In this document: piece after piece, positions 38,306 to 47,344 of the stretch
Layout of the letters: each line of letters starts with the position of its first letter
Position numbering within the stretch: the stretch's first letter is position 1
DNA from: Candidatus Latescibacterota bacterium
GTDB taxonomy: Bacteria > Latescibacterota > UBA2968 > UBA8231
Length of the DNA stretch: 64,000 nucleotides
Direction: 5' to 3'
NCBI GenBank assembly: GCA_965204725.1
Contig: OZ242005.1
Span: forward strand, 2,048,001-2,112,000
The notes under the pieces: model-generated
What the model was told of the DNA's origin: nothing
Databases searched by the model: none
What the model saw: the letters and a program-made list of their open reading frames with translations, nothing else
Program-made: the position numbers and the translations under genes

Positions 38306-41300
38306 CGTTCCCTTTCAAGATTGAACAACGGCGTGGCGTTTGCAAGCGCGTTGAGTTCCTCGGACGGACAATCCTCGGCGAAGTACTTCCGGTGGCCAAA
38401 AACGACGAGCAGGAATCGGGCGCGAGTGACCCCGACATTGAGCCGATTAGGGCTGTCCATGTGCCCTGGCCGAGAGGTGTTTCTGAGACTCAGCAATACG
38501 AGGTCGGCCTCTCGGCCTTGGAAGCGGTCAACCGTCGCGCATACAATCGTCGTGTTGGGAAGCGCGAAGCGCGTCTCCGCGCGACGCATTCCGGTGAGTC
38601 GCCTGAGCATGTCTCGCGTCCCCAATTCCTGCCGGTTGTAGAACGAGAGGCAGGCCACTGTCCAGTCCTTGCCATCAGTTCTCGGGTGGGTTTTAGCGTA
38701 ATCCCTCCAAACCTTCAACCAATTCCGCATGGCGTCGATCTCGGCTTGGTTGATGCCACGTTCCTCGTGACCACGCACATCTGCCCACACTCGTCGTGCA
38801 GGCACTTTGGGCATGAAGGACCAACCGTCCCGTTTGTCGCGCCCACCAAGGGTGTTTGCATCCTTCAGTGCTACTCCCTCGTAAAATTGCTCCCTCGGAA
38901 GTTGCGAGATGTCAGGGTGCATACGGTGCTGGTACTCGATCAGCACCGCCCGCTCATTCCAAACATCCGGTGGAAGTGCTTCGGTAAGGGCACTCAGGCG
39001 GCGAACCCGATGGTTGTTCCTACGCACCCGGAAGGATTCTATCACGCTGCGAACACCGACATCTCGGATTGCGTCAATGGCCGGGGGCACCCATTTGGCG
39101 TAGGGATTCACGGCAGGCATAAGGCTATCAACCTCACCTTGGCGTCGTTCACGCTGTCCATCGTCTCGAGCACTGGCAAGTTGATGAACCCTCCCAAGCC
39201 GCCACGATACCTGCTTAGCCCAAGCCTCCTCGCGCAGAAAACCCCGCTGGCGAGCAGCCAACTCATCGGCGGTTTTGAACTGACGCCGTTGCTCTCGCAC
39301 AGGCTTGTAAAAACGGCCTCGTTGCTCAAGCCAGTGCGCGAATTGGTACGCACGGGCAGAATCCGGATCCCAGTCGCGCAACGCAAGTCCATCCGGCGGC
39401 AAATAAGGCGCGAGGCGATTTCGCAACTCAGGTGGAAAAAGAATCCAATCGGCTGCTAATAAATACAGTGCCACAGGTTGACCGGCCTCAATATCGGCGA
39501 TGGATACTTCATTGCCAGAGGGTTGACCTTGGACAACGCGCACGATCTCGGGTGTGCGGTCACCGCGTACTACCCGATCCTCGATTTCCGTACTCAGCGC
39601 GTCAAGTACATCGCCCGATTCCTCAATCAACCACCTGACCCGTCCAACCCCCGCTTCCCGGCGTTGGAGACGGAATAAGATCAGCAGTGCCGCTTGATGG
39701 GCGTCAGAGAGCATTACGGCGTTCTCGTCGCTGATTTCGGCAATACTCGCTTCGAGATCTTTAGGCTCAGAGAAGGGAGGAAGTTGTCGCACATCGCCGA
39801 CTACGATCCACTTGCGGGCGAGTTGGGCGGGGACCAGAAATTCTTGGAAGGTCGTCTTGCTAGCCTCGTCGATGATCAGAACATCAAAGTAGGGCCAACT
39901 CGGGCCGGTATCGTTCTCGCGCTTGCCATTTGACCGGCGTATGTAGGGATGCGCGAGGATGCCCGTGGAGGTGCCGCACGTGAGGTTCACGGACGAGAGG
40001 ATTGTCGCCTCGGCGATTCGCTCCAAGGCAGCGGCGTCCAAGTTGGGGAAGATTCCATCGGTACGCCAAGTCTCCAATAAGGCCGCGATGCGTTCATCAA
40101 TCTGCACAGTGCGGATAGTTTGGTCCACTCGGTCTGCAAGCCCGATCCGCACGGCCTCAACTTGCTCAAACTTGCCGATGAGTCTTTCCAGTACGTTGTC
40201 CACGGCGACATGGGTCGTAGAGCAGAGCAATACGTTCAGCCCCTGATTGATGAACTGGAGCACCAACTCGCAGATGGCATGGGTCTTACCCGACCCAGGC
40301 GGCCCTTCGAGAAACGCGAAATCCGGCGTACCGAGGGCCTTCTCTACGAACTCCCGTTGCTGGATAGTGCCCGACCAACGCTCGTCGTTGAGTAAGTACC
40401 AGTGGGAAACATCCTTTGGTCGGCACTTTGGCCAACGGACCTTATCCGGTGCTTCACAAAGCCTTAGAAGAGGGCCGTGGTGGGGCAGTGGGCTGTCCAT
40501 GAAACGGAACACTGCCTGCCGCTGGCGTTGTAGGCCCGAAGTGCTGGAGGGAATAAATAACGTTGTCCCTTTCGGTGGGAGCCGATCTAATTCGAGCCGA
40601 TAATTGTCGCGCTGGAATCCCCAAACCTTGAAAGCATGCTGTGAGTTGTTGCCCTTTTTTGTGCGAACTTCGCGAACGCCCTCCTCCATGTACGCTGTCC
40701 GAATGTCCAAGGCCGCCTCGCTATCCACCTCGTCAGGGGGCAAGAGTTGAATCCAGACCCCGCGCTGTCGCCGACCACGCCCCTCGTCGGCCGACCACGC
40801 CCACCGGACGCCGTTGTCGGCGAGGAGAAAGTCTTGGTCTGGCGATTCCTCCAGCGTCAGAGTTCGTTGACCGTTCCAAGAAATCTCCTCTCTGCCGACG
40901 CGGAGGTGCGCGGCACCTTCATGCGGCTCGGCCACCCGATGGGGTAGCTCAGTGCCACGCTCGTCCTCGATAACAACAGGGGCACAGCCCTCTACGACCA
41001 AAACAACGCGCTTGGCTTCTTCCCTGCGTTGGAACAGGGACGCGACCGCACCGTCGTCACGCCGTGCAACTAACTTAGTCGGCCAGATCGACTCTGCGGG
41101 CGTTAATGTGCAAGGCTCGCCCTCCCAGAATATCTGATCGCCGGGGTCAACCTCGCTGTCTAGAACGAGGAGTAATCCGTCGTCAACGCGCTCAACGCGC
41201 TTGGGGACCATCGGCCGGTACTGGTCGCCGACGAACAACGGCATATCCGGCGCACCGCCTGACCAGCTTTCGAGGCGGTAGCTATACCCCTCGGCTTCCA

Positions 41301-41514
41301 TGACTAAGAGTGAGTCCATAGGGGTGAGTCGCAGTGGATACTCCTGTGGGACGGACTCCCACCGGCACACAGACCGCGACTCGCGCTTCTTAGCGGCATC
41401 AAGCGCAGATCTCAGATACGCAGTGTAAGGGCGCAGGCTTTCCTGAACTTGGGACGCTAAGGCAGGCGCGACCTTTGAATGAGGAGCACAGGCGGTAAAA
41501 TAGAGTGGCTTCAT
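38302..41514 (-). CDS. Superfamily 1 Upf1/DNA2/NAM7-like helicase (start may be 41514 or 41592)
   Basis: EGPPGSGKT, STTHVAVDNV, IIDEASK, VGDVRQLPP, QHRMHPDI, TVDRFQGREAD, NRLNVGVTRAR. Confidence 0.92.
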   Translation of the reverse strand: MKPLYFTACAPHSKVAPALASQVQESLRPYTAYLRSALDAAKKRESRSVCRWESVPQEYPLRLTPMDSLLVMEAEGYSYRLESWSGGAPDMPLFVGDQYRPMVPKRVERVDDGLLLVLDSEVDPGDQIFWEGEPCTLTPAESIWPTKLVARRDDGAVASLFQRREEAKRVVLVVEGCAPVVIEDERGTELPHRVAEPHEGAAHLRVGREEISWNGQRTLTLEESPDQDFLLADNGVRWAWSADEGRGRRQRGVWIQLLPPDEVDSEAALDIRTAYMEEGVREVRTKKGNNSQHAFKVWGFQRDNYRLELDRLPPKGTTLFIPSSTSGLQRQRQAVFRFMDSPLPHHGPLLRLCEAPDKVRWPKCRPKDVSHWYLLNDERWSGTIQQREFVEKALGTPDFAFLEGPPGSGKTHAICELVLQFINQGLNVLLCSTTHVAVDNVLERLIGKFEQVEAVRIGLADRVDQTIRTVQIDERIAALLETWRTDGIFPNLDAAALERIAEATILSSVNLTCGTSTGILAHPYIRRSNGKRENDTGPSWPYFDVLIIDEASKTTFQEFLVPAQLARKWIVVGDVRQLPPFSEPKDLEASIAEISDENAVMLSDAHQAALLILFRLQRREAGVGRVRWLIEESGDVLDALSTEIEDRVVRGDRTPEIVRVVQGQPSGNEVSIADIEAGQPVALYLLAADWILFPPELRNRLAPYLPPDGLALRDWDPDSARAYQFAHWLEQRGRFYKPVREQRRQFKTADELAARQRGFLREEAWAKQVSWRLGRVHQLASARDDGQRERRQGEVDSLMPAVNPYAKWVPPAIDAIRDVGVRSVIESFRVRRNNHRVRRLSALTEALPPDVWNERAVLIEYQHRMHPDISQLPREQFYEGVALKDANTLGGRDKRDGWSFMPKVPARRVWADVRGHEERGINQAEIDAMRNWLKVWRDYAKTHPRTDGKDWTVACLSFYNRQELGTRDMLRRLTGMRRAETRFALPNTTIVCATVDRFQGREADLVLLSLRNTSRPGHMDSPNRLNVGVTRARFLLVVFGHRKYFAEDCPSEELNALANATPLFNLERER

Positions 41515-41556
41515 GGTAATATGGATAGCCCCAAAGAGGTTGGATTTTAGACGCGA

Positions 41557-41586
41557 TCTTTCCGTTCCTTGTCTTTCCGTTCCTTG
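41557..41586. repeat. Perfect 15-bp tandem duplication
   Basis: TCTTTCCGTTCCTTG twice. Confidence 0.8.
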
Positions 41587-41777
41587 AAACACCTACGACA
41601 GTATAAAGTGTTACCTTTGTCACTGGAATCAACAGTATTTTGTGCAGCGTCCCCATGATCATGCTCTTCCGCGTCAAAGTAATCGTCCATATAGCATGTC
41701 TCCTTAGTTGACCACGCCTTGCCCACGCTCTGGTCCCAATGTATCATTCTCTCCCTCTCAACAATCTACGTCTGCCC

Positions 41778-43148
41778 ATGCGTCTAACCTTTGCCGACGG
41801 CACCCTACTCCTGCGCGACTTTGCCGGCCAAGACGCGCCCCCAGCCTTTGTCTGGGACGCCCGCGTCGATCTATTCCGCGCCCAAGCACTTCACTACCGC
41901 GCCAGTTTGGAATACCTAAAGCAGGCAGGAGTGGCGTTCCACAATACCGTGCCGCGCTACAACAGGCTCTCCTTGCAATGGCAGAACGCCCCGCAGCCGT
42001 ACCCCCATCAGCGCGAAAGCATGGACGCTTGGGAGCAGCACGGCCGCCGCGGCGTCGTAGTGCTGCCCACGGGCGCGGGCAAGTCGCAAGTCGCACTCAT
42101 GGCCATCGCGCACGTTCAGCGGAGCACGCTCGTCGTCGCGCCGACCATCGACCTGATGAACCAATGGTACGACTTGCTAACCGCCGCGTTTGCCACTGAG
42201 GTCGGCCTGCTCGGCGGCGGCTATCACGAACTAGCCGACCTAACCGTTACCACGTACGACAGCGCGTATCGGTATCTCGACCGCTACGGCAACCGCTTCG
42301 GCTTGGCGGTCTTTGACGAGGTGCATCACTTGCCCGGAGAAATGTATAGCCACGCCGCTGAAATGTGCATCGCGCCCTATCGGCTCGGGCTGACGGCCAC
42401 GCCCGAACGAGCCGACGGCCGCCACGTGCTCCTCAACACCCTCGTCGGGCCGTGCGCGTACGAGCGCGGCATCCGCGCCCTGTCGGGCGAATACCTCGCC
42501 AACTACCGAGTCGAACGCCGCCAAGTAGATATGGTCGCCGAGGAGCGCGTCCAGTACGAGGCCGCGCGCGACGAGTTCCGATCCTTCCTCGCCGACAAGA
42601 ACATCCGCCTCGGCACCAAAGACGGCTGGCGGCACTTCGTCATGCTCTCGGCGCAGAGCACCAGCGGCCGCCGGGCCATGCAGGCGTATCGCCGCCACCG
42701 CCAGATCGCCTTGGGCACCACCGTCAAGCTCCGAGTGCTCGAAGACATCCTCAAGGCCCATCCACGCGACCGCGTCCTCATCTTTACCAACGACAACGAG
42801 ACCGTGTACCAAATCGCCTCTACCTTCCTCGTCCCGGCCATCACCCATCGCACCCGCACCAAGGAGCGCAAGGCCATTCTCCAAGCCTTTAATCAAGGCG
42901 ACTATTTGTGCTTGGTGACCTCCAAGGTCCTCAACGAAGGGGTCAACATCCCGGAAGCCAACGTCGCGGTGGTGCTGTCTGGCTCCGGGACCATCCGCGA
43001 ACACGTCCAACGGCTCGGCCGCATCTTGCGCCGCCGCCAAGGCAAGGAGGCCGTGCTCTACGAAGTGGTGTCCAAAGACACGGTCGAAGACTACATCAGC
43101 GACCGCCGCCGCCGCCACGAAGCCTATTCGCCGCGCCCTGCAAAGTGA
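41778..43148 (+). CDS. XPB/Rad25-like superfamily 2 helicase
   Basis: LPTGAGKS, VFDEVHHL, LGLTATPER, VLNEGVNIP, QRLGRILR; N-terminal WDARV damage-recognition-like domain. Confidence 0.9.
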   Translation: MRLTFADGTLLLRDFAGQDAPPAFVWDARVDLFRAQALHYRASLEYLKQAGVAFHNTVPRYNRLSLQWQNAPQPYPHQRESMDAWEQHGRRGVVVLPTGAGKSQVALMAIAHVQRSTLVVAPTIDLMNQWYDLLTAAFATEVGLLGGGYHELADLTVTTYDSAYRYLDRYGNRFGLAVFDEVHHLPGEMYSHAAEMCIAPYRLGLTATPERADGRHVLLNTLVGPCAYERGIRALSGEYLANYRVERRQVDMVAEERVQYEAARDEFRSFLADKNIRLGTKDGWRHFVMLSAQSTSGRRAMQAYRRHRQIALGTTVKLRVLEDILKAHPRDRVLIFTNDNETVYQIASTFLVPAITHRTRTKERKAILQAFNQGDYLCLVTSKVLNEGVNIPEANVAVVLSGSGTIREHVQRLGRILRRRQGKEAVLYEVVSKDTVEDYISDRRRRHEAYSPRPAK

Positions 43149-43149
43149 A

Positions 43150-44373
43150 ATGCTGACTACGGATTTGCTGCTCACCCGCTCGCGCGGCCCCTATATCGCC
43201 CCCCGCTATCTCAATGTCGAGGACCCGCAATACATCGCGCTCGCCCAAGCCCTCATCGACCAGTACAGCGCCCACCAAGGCGAGCCGCGGCAAAAGCTCC
43301 AGCGCGCCTTAGACCTGCATGCGGGCGACCGCACCGACTACCGAGTGCAGCGCGGCTTGGCCAAACTGCTGGGCGACGACTACTGCGAATTTTACATCGA
43401 CAGCCCGCAGCCGCCCGAAGAATTGCGCCACGCCGTCTTTGCCCTCGCCCGCCAGCATCATCCCGTCGTCCGCGAAACCAGCCTCATCTACCCGGTCAAA
43501 CGCGAAGATTTGCTGGAGCAAATCGCCCGCAAGTACCACATCAGCAGCAGCGCGGTGCTCGACGGGCTGTACGCCGACCTGCCCGCCAACCACATCCTCG
43601 GCACCTTTGACGCGCCCTCGCCCCATCAGCTCCTCACGCGCTACAACGTCGCGCTGGCCCAAGCCATGCTCTACCGCTGTGAAATCCTGCGCCTGAGTGT
43701 GCATCGCAACCTGCCGGTGCGCTACAAACAGCTCTTCAAGTTCATCAAGTTTTACCGCCTGATCCACACCATTGAAGGCGACGTAGATGCCGGCTACGAG
43801 ATCGGGCTTGACGGGCCGGTGAGCATCTTCCGCCACTCCCAAAAATACGGCCTGCAAATGGCGGTCTTCCTCCCCGCCCTGCTCCTGTGTACCCGCTGGT
43901 CGCTGCAAGCCGACATTTTGCGCAAAGACGGCCGCCGCCAGCAGTTCGTCCTCGACGACCAAGCGGGCCTCGTGTCGCATTACAAGGATCAGACCCTGTA
44001 CGACTCCCTGTTGGAGGAGACGTTTGCCGCGCGCTTTGCCAAGGCCAAAACCCCATGGCAGCTAGAGCGGGAAAGCGAAATCGTCAACCTCAAAGAGACC
44101 GTGATGATCCCGGACTTTACCTTCCGCCATCCCGACGGCCGCACGGCCCTACTAGAAATCATGGGCTACTGGCGGCCCGAATACCTAAGGCGCAAGCTCG
44201 ATAAACTGCGCCAAGCCCAACGCCGCGACCTAATCGTCGCAGTCTCCTCCAACCTCAACGTCAGCGCGGACGACTTCACCGATGTTCCGGGGGGAGTCTT
44301 CTTCTTCAAGAACAAAATCCAGCCCAAAGACGTCATCGCGTTATTGGACCGGACCGATCCGCAAGCCTCGTAA
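43150..44373 (+). CDS. DUF790 (Bax1-like) endonuclease
   Basis: MLTTDLL, LYADL, RYNVALAQAML, DGPVSIF...KYG, YDSLLEETFA, MIPDFTF...LEIMGYW.PEYL.RKL; follows XPB directly. Confidence 0.88.
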   Translation: MLTTDLLLTRSRGPYIAPRYLNVEDPQYIALAQALIDQYSAHQGEPRQKLQRALDLHAGDRTDYRVQRGLAKLLGDDYCEFYIDSPQPPEELRHAVFALARQHHPVVRETSLIYPVKREDLLEQIARKYHISSSAVLDGLYADLPANHILGTFDAPSPHQLLTRYNVALAQAMLYRCEILRLSVHRNLPVRYKQLFKFIKFYRLIHTIEGDVDAGYEIGLDGPVSIFRHSQKYGLQMAVFLPALLLCTRWSLQADILRKDGRRQQFVLDDQAGLVSHYKDQTLYDSLLEETFAARFAKAKTPWQLERESEIVNLKETVMIPDFTFRHPDGRTALLEIMGYWRPEYLRRKLDKLRQAQRRDLIVAVSSNLNVSADDFTDVPGGVFFFKNKIQPKDVIALLDRTDPQAS

Positions 44374-44485
44374 GGGGGCCTTATAGCAGTGCGGCGATGC
44401 CCTTGGGTTGCGGAGTATTGGGATGACCATTCAACCGTACGGTCGGTTAGATAGGTCTTTTTAGGATCTTGTAGGGAGAACTTTG

Positions 44486-45073
44486 CTATTGCGGAGGACG
44501 AGGCGGCGATAGCGGAGCCGACGAGTCGCCAGTCATTACGGGAGCATTTGCCTTTGACTTCTTCAACTCTTGCTTCCTTTCGTGCCTCACCCAGAAAAAT
44601 AAACCAACCAAACCCGCCACGGCTGAAATTGTCGTGGCGGCTCCCTCCAAAGATTGGCCATTGGCCATTAGATAGACACCCCCAATAACAGCACTCATTG
44701 CAATAACAAATCCAAACATTTGCCCGCGCACCTCCAACTTCAAATTGGACTCGACAATTGCGGACTCAAGTTTGCGGCGATGCTCGGATTGGTCTTCAGC
44801 CATTCGCACAATACGTTCTGGTATATCGGGGGAAATTTCCTTATATGCGGCAAGGTGTTCTGGGTGGGGAAGCGGCCCTAAAAATAATTCTTGTTCGGCA
44901 ACCAGTACTTCTTGTGCAAAAGTACTGACCTCCTTCCGAACAATGGCCTCCAAGTCGCCGGAGGTCTGGGCCGAATCGTCGCCGGAGGTCTCAACCGAAT
45001 CGTCCGTAGCTTCGCGATTGGCAGGCAATTGCGGCTTTGTAGATCGGCGCTGCTGGCGACGTTTGCGGCTCAC
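44486..45073 (-). CDS. DUF2335-like membrane protein
   Basis: FLGPLPHPEHLAAY...PERIVRMAEDQSEHRR followed by two transmembrane helices. Confidence 0.8.
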   Translation of the reverse strand: MSRKRRQQRRSTKPQLPANREATDDSVETSGDDSAQTSGDLEAIVRKEVSTFAQEVLVAEQELFLGPLPHPEHLAAYKEISPDIPERIVRMAEDQSEHRRKLESAIVESNLKLEVRGQMFGFVIAMSAVIGGVYLMANGQSLEGAATTISAVAGLVGLFFWVRHERKQELKKSKANAPVMTGDSSAPLSPPRPPQ

Positions 45074-45714
45074 TGAAAATTACCGGACGGTTTCGCCTGC
45101 GCCATGGCATCTTCCAGATCGCATCCGGTTGCGAGCCAATCTTTGCGGATCGCCAAGGCATCTATCTGTTTTTCCTCCGCCCCGATAGGCCGGTCGTCAA
45201 GCGTTCCCATGAAATCCAAAGTCCGCGCCATGCCAGAGAGGAAGGAAGGAGTCGGCAACAGATACGAGGTCCGAAAGTGCGACGAGGCTGCGTACGGAAC
45301 GAGGCTGTTCACCGCCATATCGGGATAACACTGATAAATGGCGACCAGCAGTTGTCTGAATGTCTGCGAGAGAACCCATTGGGCAGCGTCTTTCAGATAG
45401 CGGGCGATCTCCTGCGGAAGCTCTGACAACATCGCAGCACCTCGTGCGTGACCAGAGTCCGTCAGGGAGTACAGGCGATACCCATTATGGTTGACGCACA
45501 CCTCGTTCTCCATCGACAACGCATCGAGCTCTTGGAACACGGCCACATCGAATGGACCGTAGTTGTAGGGCTTAAAACCAAAATGCGGCCCCTCGACGAA
45601 CTGTGGGATCTCCTTATCGACCAAGAAGAGGAGCTTTTGTACTCGCACTGGGTCGAATTGCGCTCCTGCTCCACCGGCCGCCATGGCCGTCAACACGACT
45701 TCAGGACGTTTCAT
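45070..45714 (-). CDS. Panacea/SocA (DUF4065)-like protein with C-terminal extension
   Basis: VQKLLFL...FKPYNYGPF...EL pattern; extra tail SFLSGMARTLDFMG...DW...DL; ATGA overlap with the DUF2335 gene. Confidence 0.6.
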   Translation of the reverse strand: MKRPEVVLTAMAAGGAGAQFDPVRVQKLLFLVDKEIPQFVEGPHFGFKPYNYGPFDVAVFQELDALSMENEVCVNHNGYRLYSLTDSGHARGAAMLSELPQEIARYLKDAAQWVLSQTFRQLLVAIYQCYPDMAVNSLVPYAASSHFRTSYLLPTPSFLSGMARTLDFMGTLDDRPIGAEEKQIDALAIRKDWLATGCDLEDAMAQAKPSGNFQ

Positions 45715-45928
45715 GGTACATCCTCCTACAATTTGGGAACTCTGTCTTCGTAGTTGACTGATCGCATCATGGCCTCCAAGCCTGCCACCTGCTCCCGGCC
45801 GACGAGAAGCTGCTGTATCATACCTTGCTTAATGGGCCGCACCTCGTCAAGCCACTGTTTGAACGAGGGCTTCTGTATCTATATAGAAAGGGACGGTGAA
45901 TTTTATTGAGGTCCGCACGGGGCACTGA

Positions 45929-47251
45929 TTAGTCGGCGGGCGCGGCACTGAATTTGCGCTGCACGAAACGCAACGCGGCGTAGTAGCTATCGATTCGCCC
46001 CTCTAGCTGGGCGTCCTCAACGGCCGAGAGAATCTCCTTAAAGCGCGGCCCCGGCTGCAACCCCAAGGCAATCAAGTCGCGCCCGGTCAGCAGGGCCGGC
46101 GGGCGCAACTGCTCCTTTTTTAGCTGGGCCAACTGCGCTTGGCAAAACTCGTAGAGGTCGAGCTGGCCGTGGCTGGCCAAGCAATCGGCGCGGTGCAATT
46201 GGAGCAGCTCGGGAAAGTGCGGCTCGCGCAACAGGCGCACCAGCGTGCTCGGGCGCATCTGGCGCACGTGGTCGATCCGCAGGTGGTCGGCGACGAGCGT
46301 GCAGACGCGCCTCCGCGCTTGGTTGGACATTTGCAGCCGCCCGCAGATCGCGGCCGCCATTTTGGCCCCAACCGCCTCGTGGCCGTGGAAGCGGATGCGC
46401 TCGGCGCGCACCATAGTAGATGGCTTGCCAATGTCGTGCAGCAGCGCGCTCCAAGCCAGCTCGGCCGACGGCTCGTCGAGGTATTCAAACAGGCCCTGAA
46501 CGTGGGTCCACACATCGCCTTCGGGATGGAATTCAGGGTCTTGTGGTACGCCCCGCATGGCCGCGACTTCCGGCAGCACGGCTTGCAACAAGCCCGACCG
46601 ATCCAAAAGGCGCAAGCCGCGCCGCGCCCCGCCCTCGGTCAACAACAGGGTCAGCTCGTCGCGGAGGCGCTCGGCACTGACGCCAGCAATGCACTCGGCC
46701 CGGGCGCAGAGGGCGTCCCACGTCGCGGGTTCAATGGTAAAGCCGAGCCGGGCCTCAAAGCGCACGGCCCGCAACAGGCGCAGATCGTCTTCGGCAAAGC
46801 GCACGGCCGGGTCGCCAATGGCGCGGATGACCTTAGCGCGGAGGTCTTGCTGCCCGCCTACGTAATCGAGGAGCGCGGCGCGGGCCGGGTCGTAGAACAG
46901 GCCGTTGATGGTAAAGTCGCGGCGCTGGGCGTCGGCGCGGGCGTCGGCTGGCTCAATGGAGGTGGGACGACGACCGTCGCGGTATGGGCCGTCGCGGCGA
47001 AAGCGTGCGACCTCGTAGGAACCTTCGTCGAGCACCACCAAGGAGATGCCAAACTGGACGCCGACCGGCACCGTGTGCTCAAAGAGCGCGGCCACCTCTT
47101 CCGGCTCGGCATCCGTAGCCACATCCCAGTCCTTGGGCACGCGGCCCAATACCAAGTCGCGCACGCAACCCCCCGCGAGCAGGGCTCGGAAGCCGGCCCG
47201 CCGCAAGGTCTCGACGACGCGCTGAGCACCAGCGTCTATATCTGCATTCAT
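45929..47251 (-). CDS. cca: CCA-adding tRNA nucleotidyltransferase with HD domain
   Basis: AGGCVRD, KDWDVAT, RRDFTING, EDDLRLLRAVRF, HPEGDVWTH, LLHDIGK. Confidence 0.92.
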   Translation of the reverse strand: MNADIDAGAQRVVETLRRAGFRALLAGGCVRDLVLGRVPKDWDVATDAEPEEVAALFEHTVPVGVQFGISLVVLDEGSYEVARFRRDGPYRDGRRPTSIEPADARADAQRRDFTINGLFYDPARAALLDYVGGQQDLRAKVIRAIGDPAVRFAEDDLRLLRAVRFEARLGFTIEPATWDALCARAECIAGVSAERLRDELTLLLTEGGARRGLRLLDRSGLLQAVLPEVAAMRGVPQDPEFHPEGDVWTHVQGLFEYLDEPSAELAWSALLHDIGKPSTMVRAERIRFHGHEAVGAKMAAAICGRLQMSNQARRRVCTLVADHLRIDHVRQMRPSTLVRLLREPHFPELLQLHRADCLASHGQLDLYEFCQAQLAQLKKEQLRPPALLTGRDLIALGLQPGPRFKEILSAVEDAQLEGRIDSYYAALRFVQRKFSAAPAD

Positions 47252-47309
47252 CCGATTAATCGCCTCTCGGTCAAAAGTACCATTCGCCTCCTACAATGGG
47301 CAACTACTT

Positions 47310-47338
47310 TTGACAAGCCGCCATCCCTAAGTTATTGT
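47310..47338 (+). promoter_or_regulatory. Putative sigma70 promoter, probably giving a leaderless mRNA
   Basis: TTGACA, 17 nt, TATTGT, 6 nt, ATG at 47345; no Shine-Dalgarno. Confidence 0.55.
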
Positions 47339-47344
47339 GTCGCT

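Noticed and set aside
46139-47344. First 400 codons of the 696-aa plus-strand ORF
   Set aside because: Antisense shadow of cca; a promoter and ATG at 47345 define the real gene
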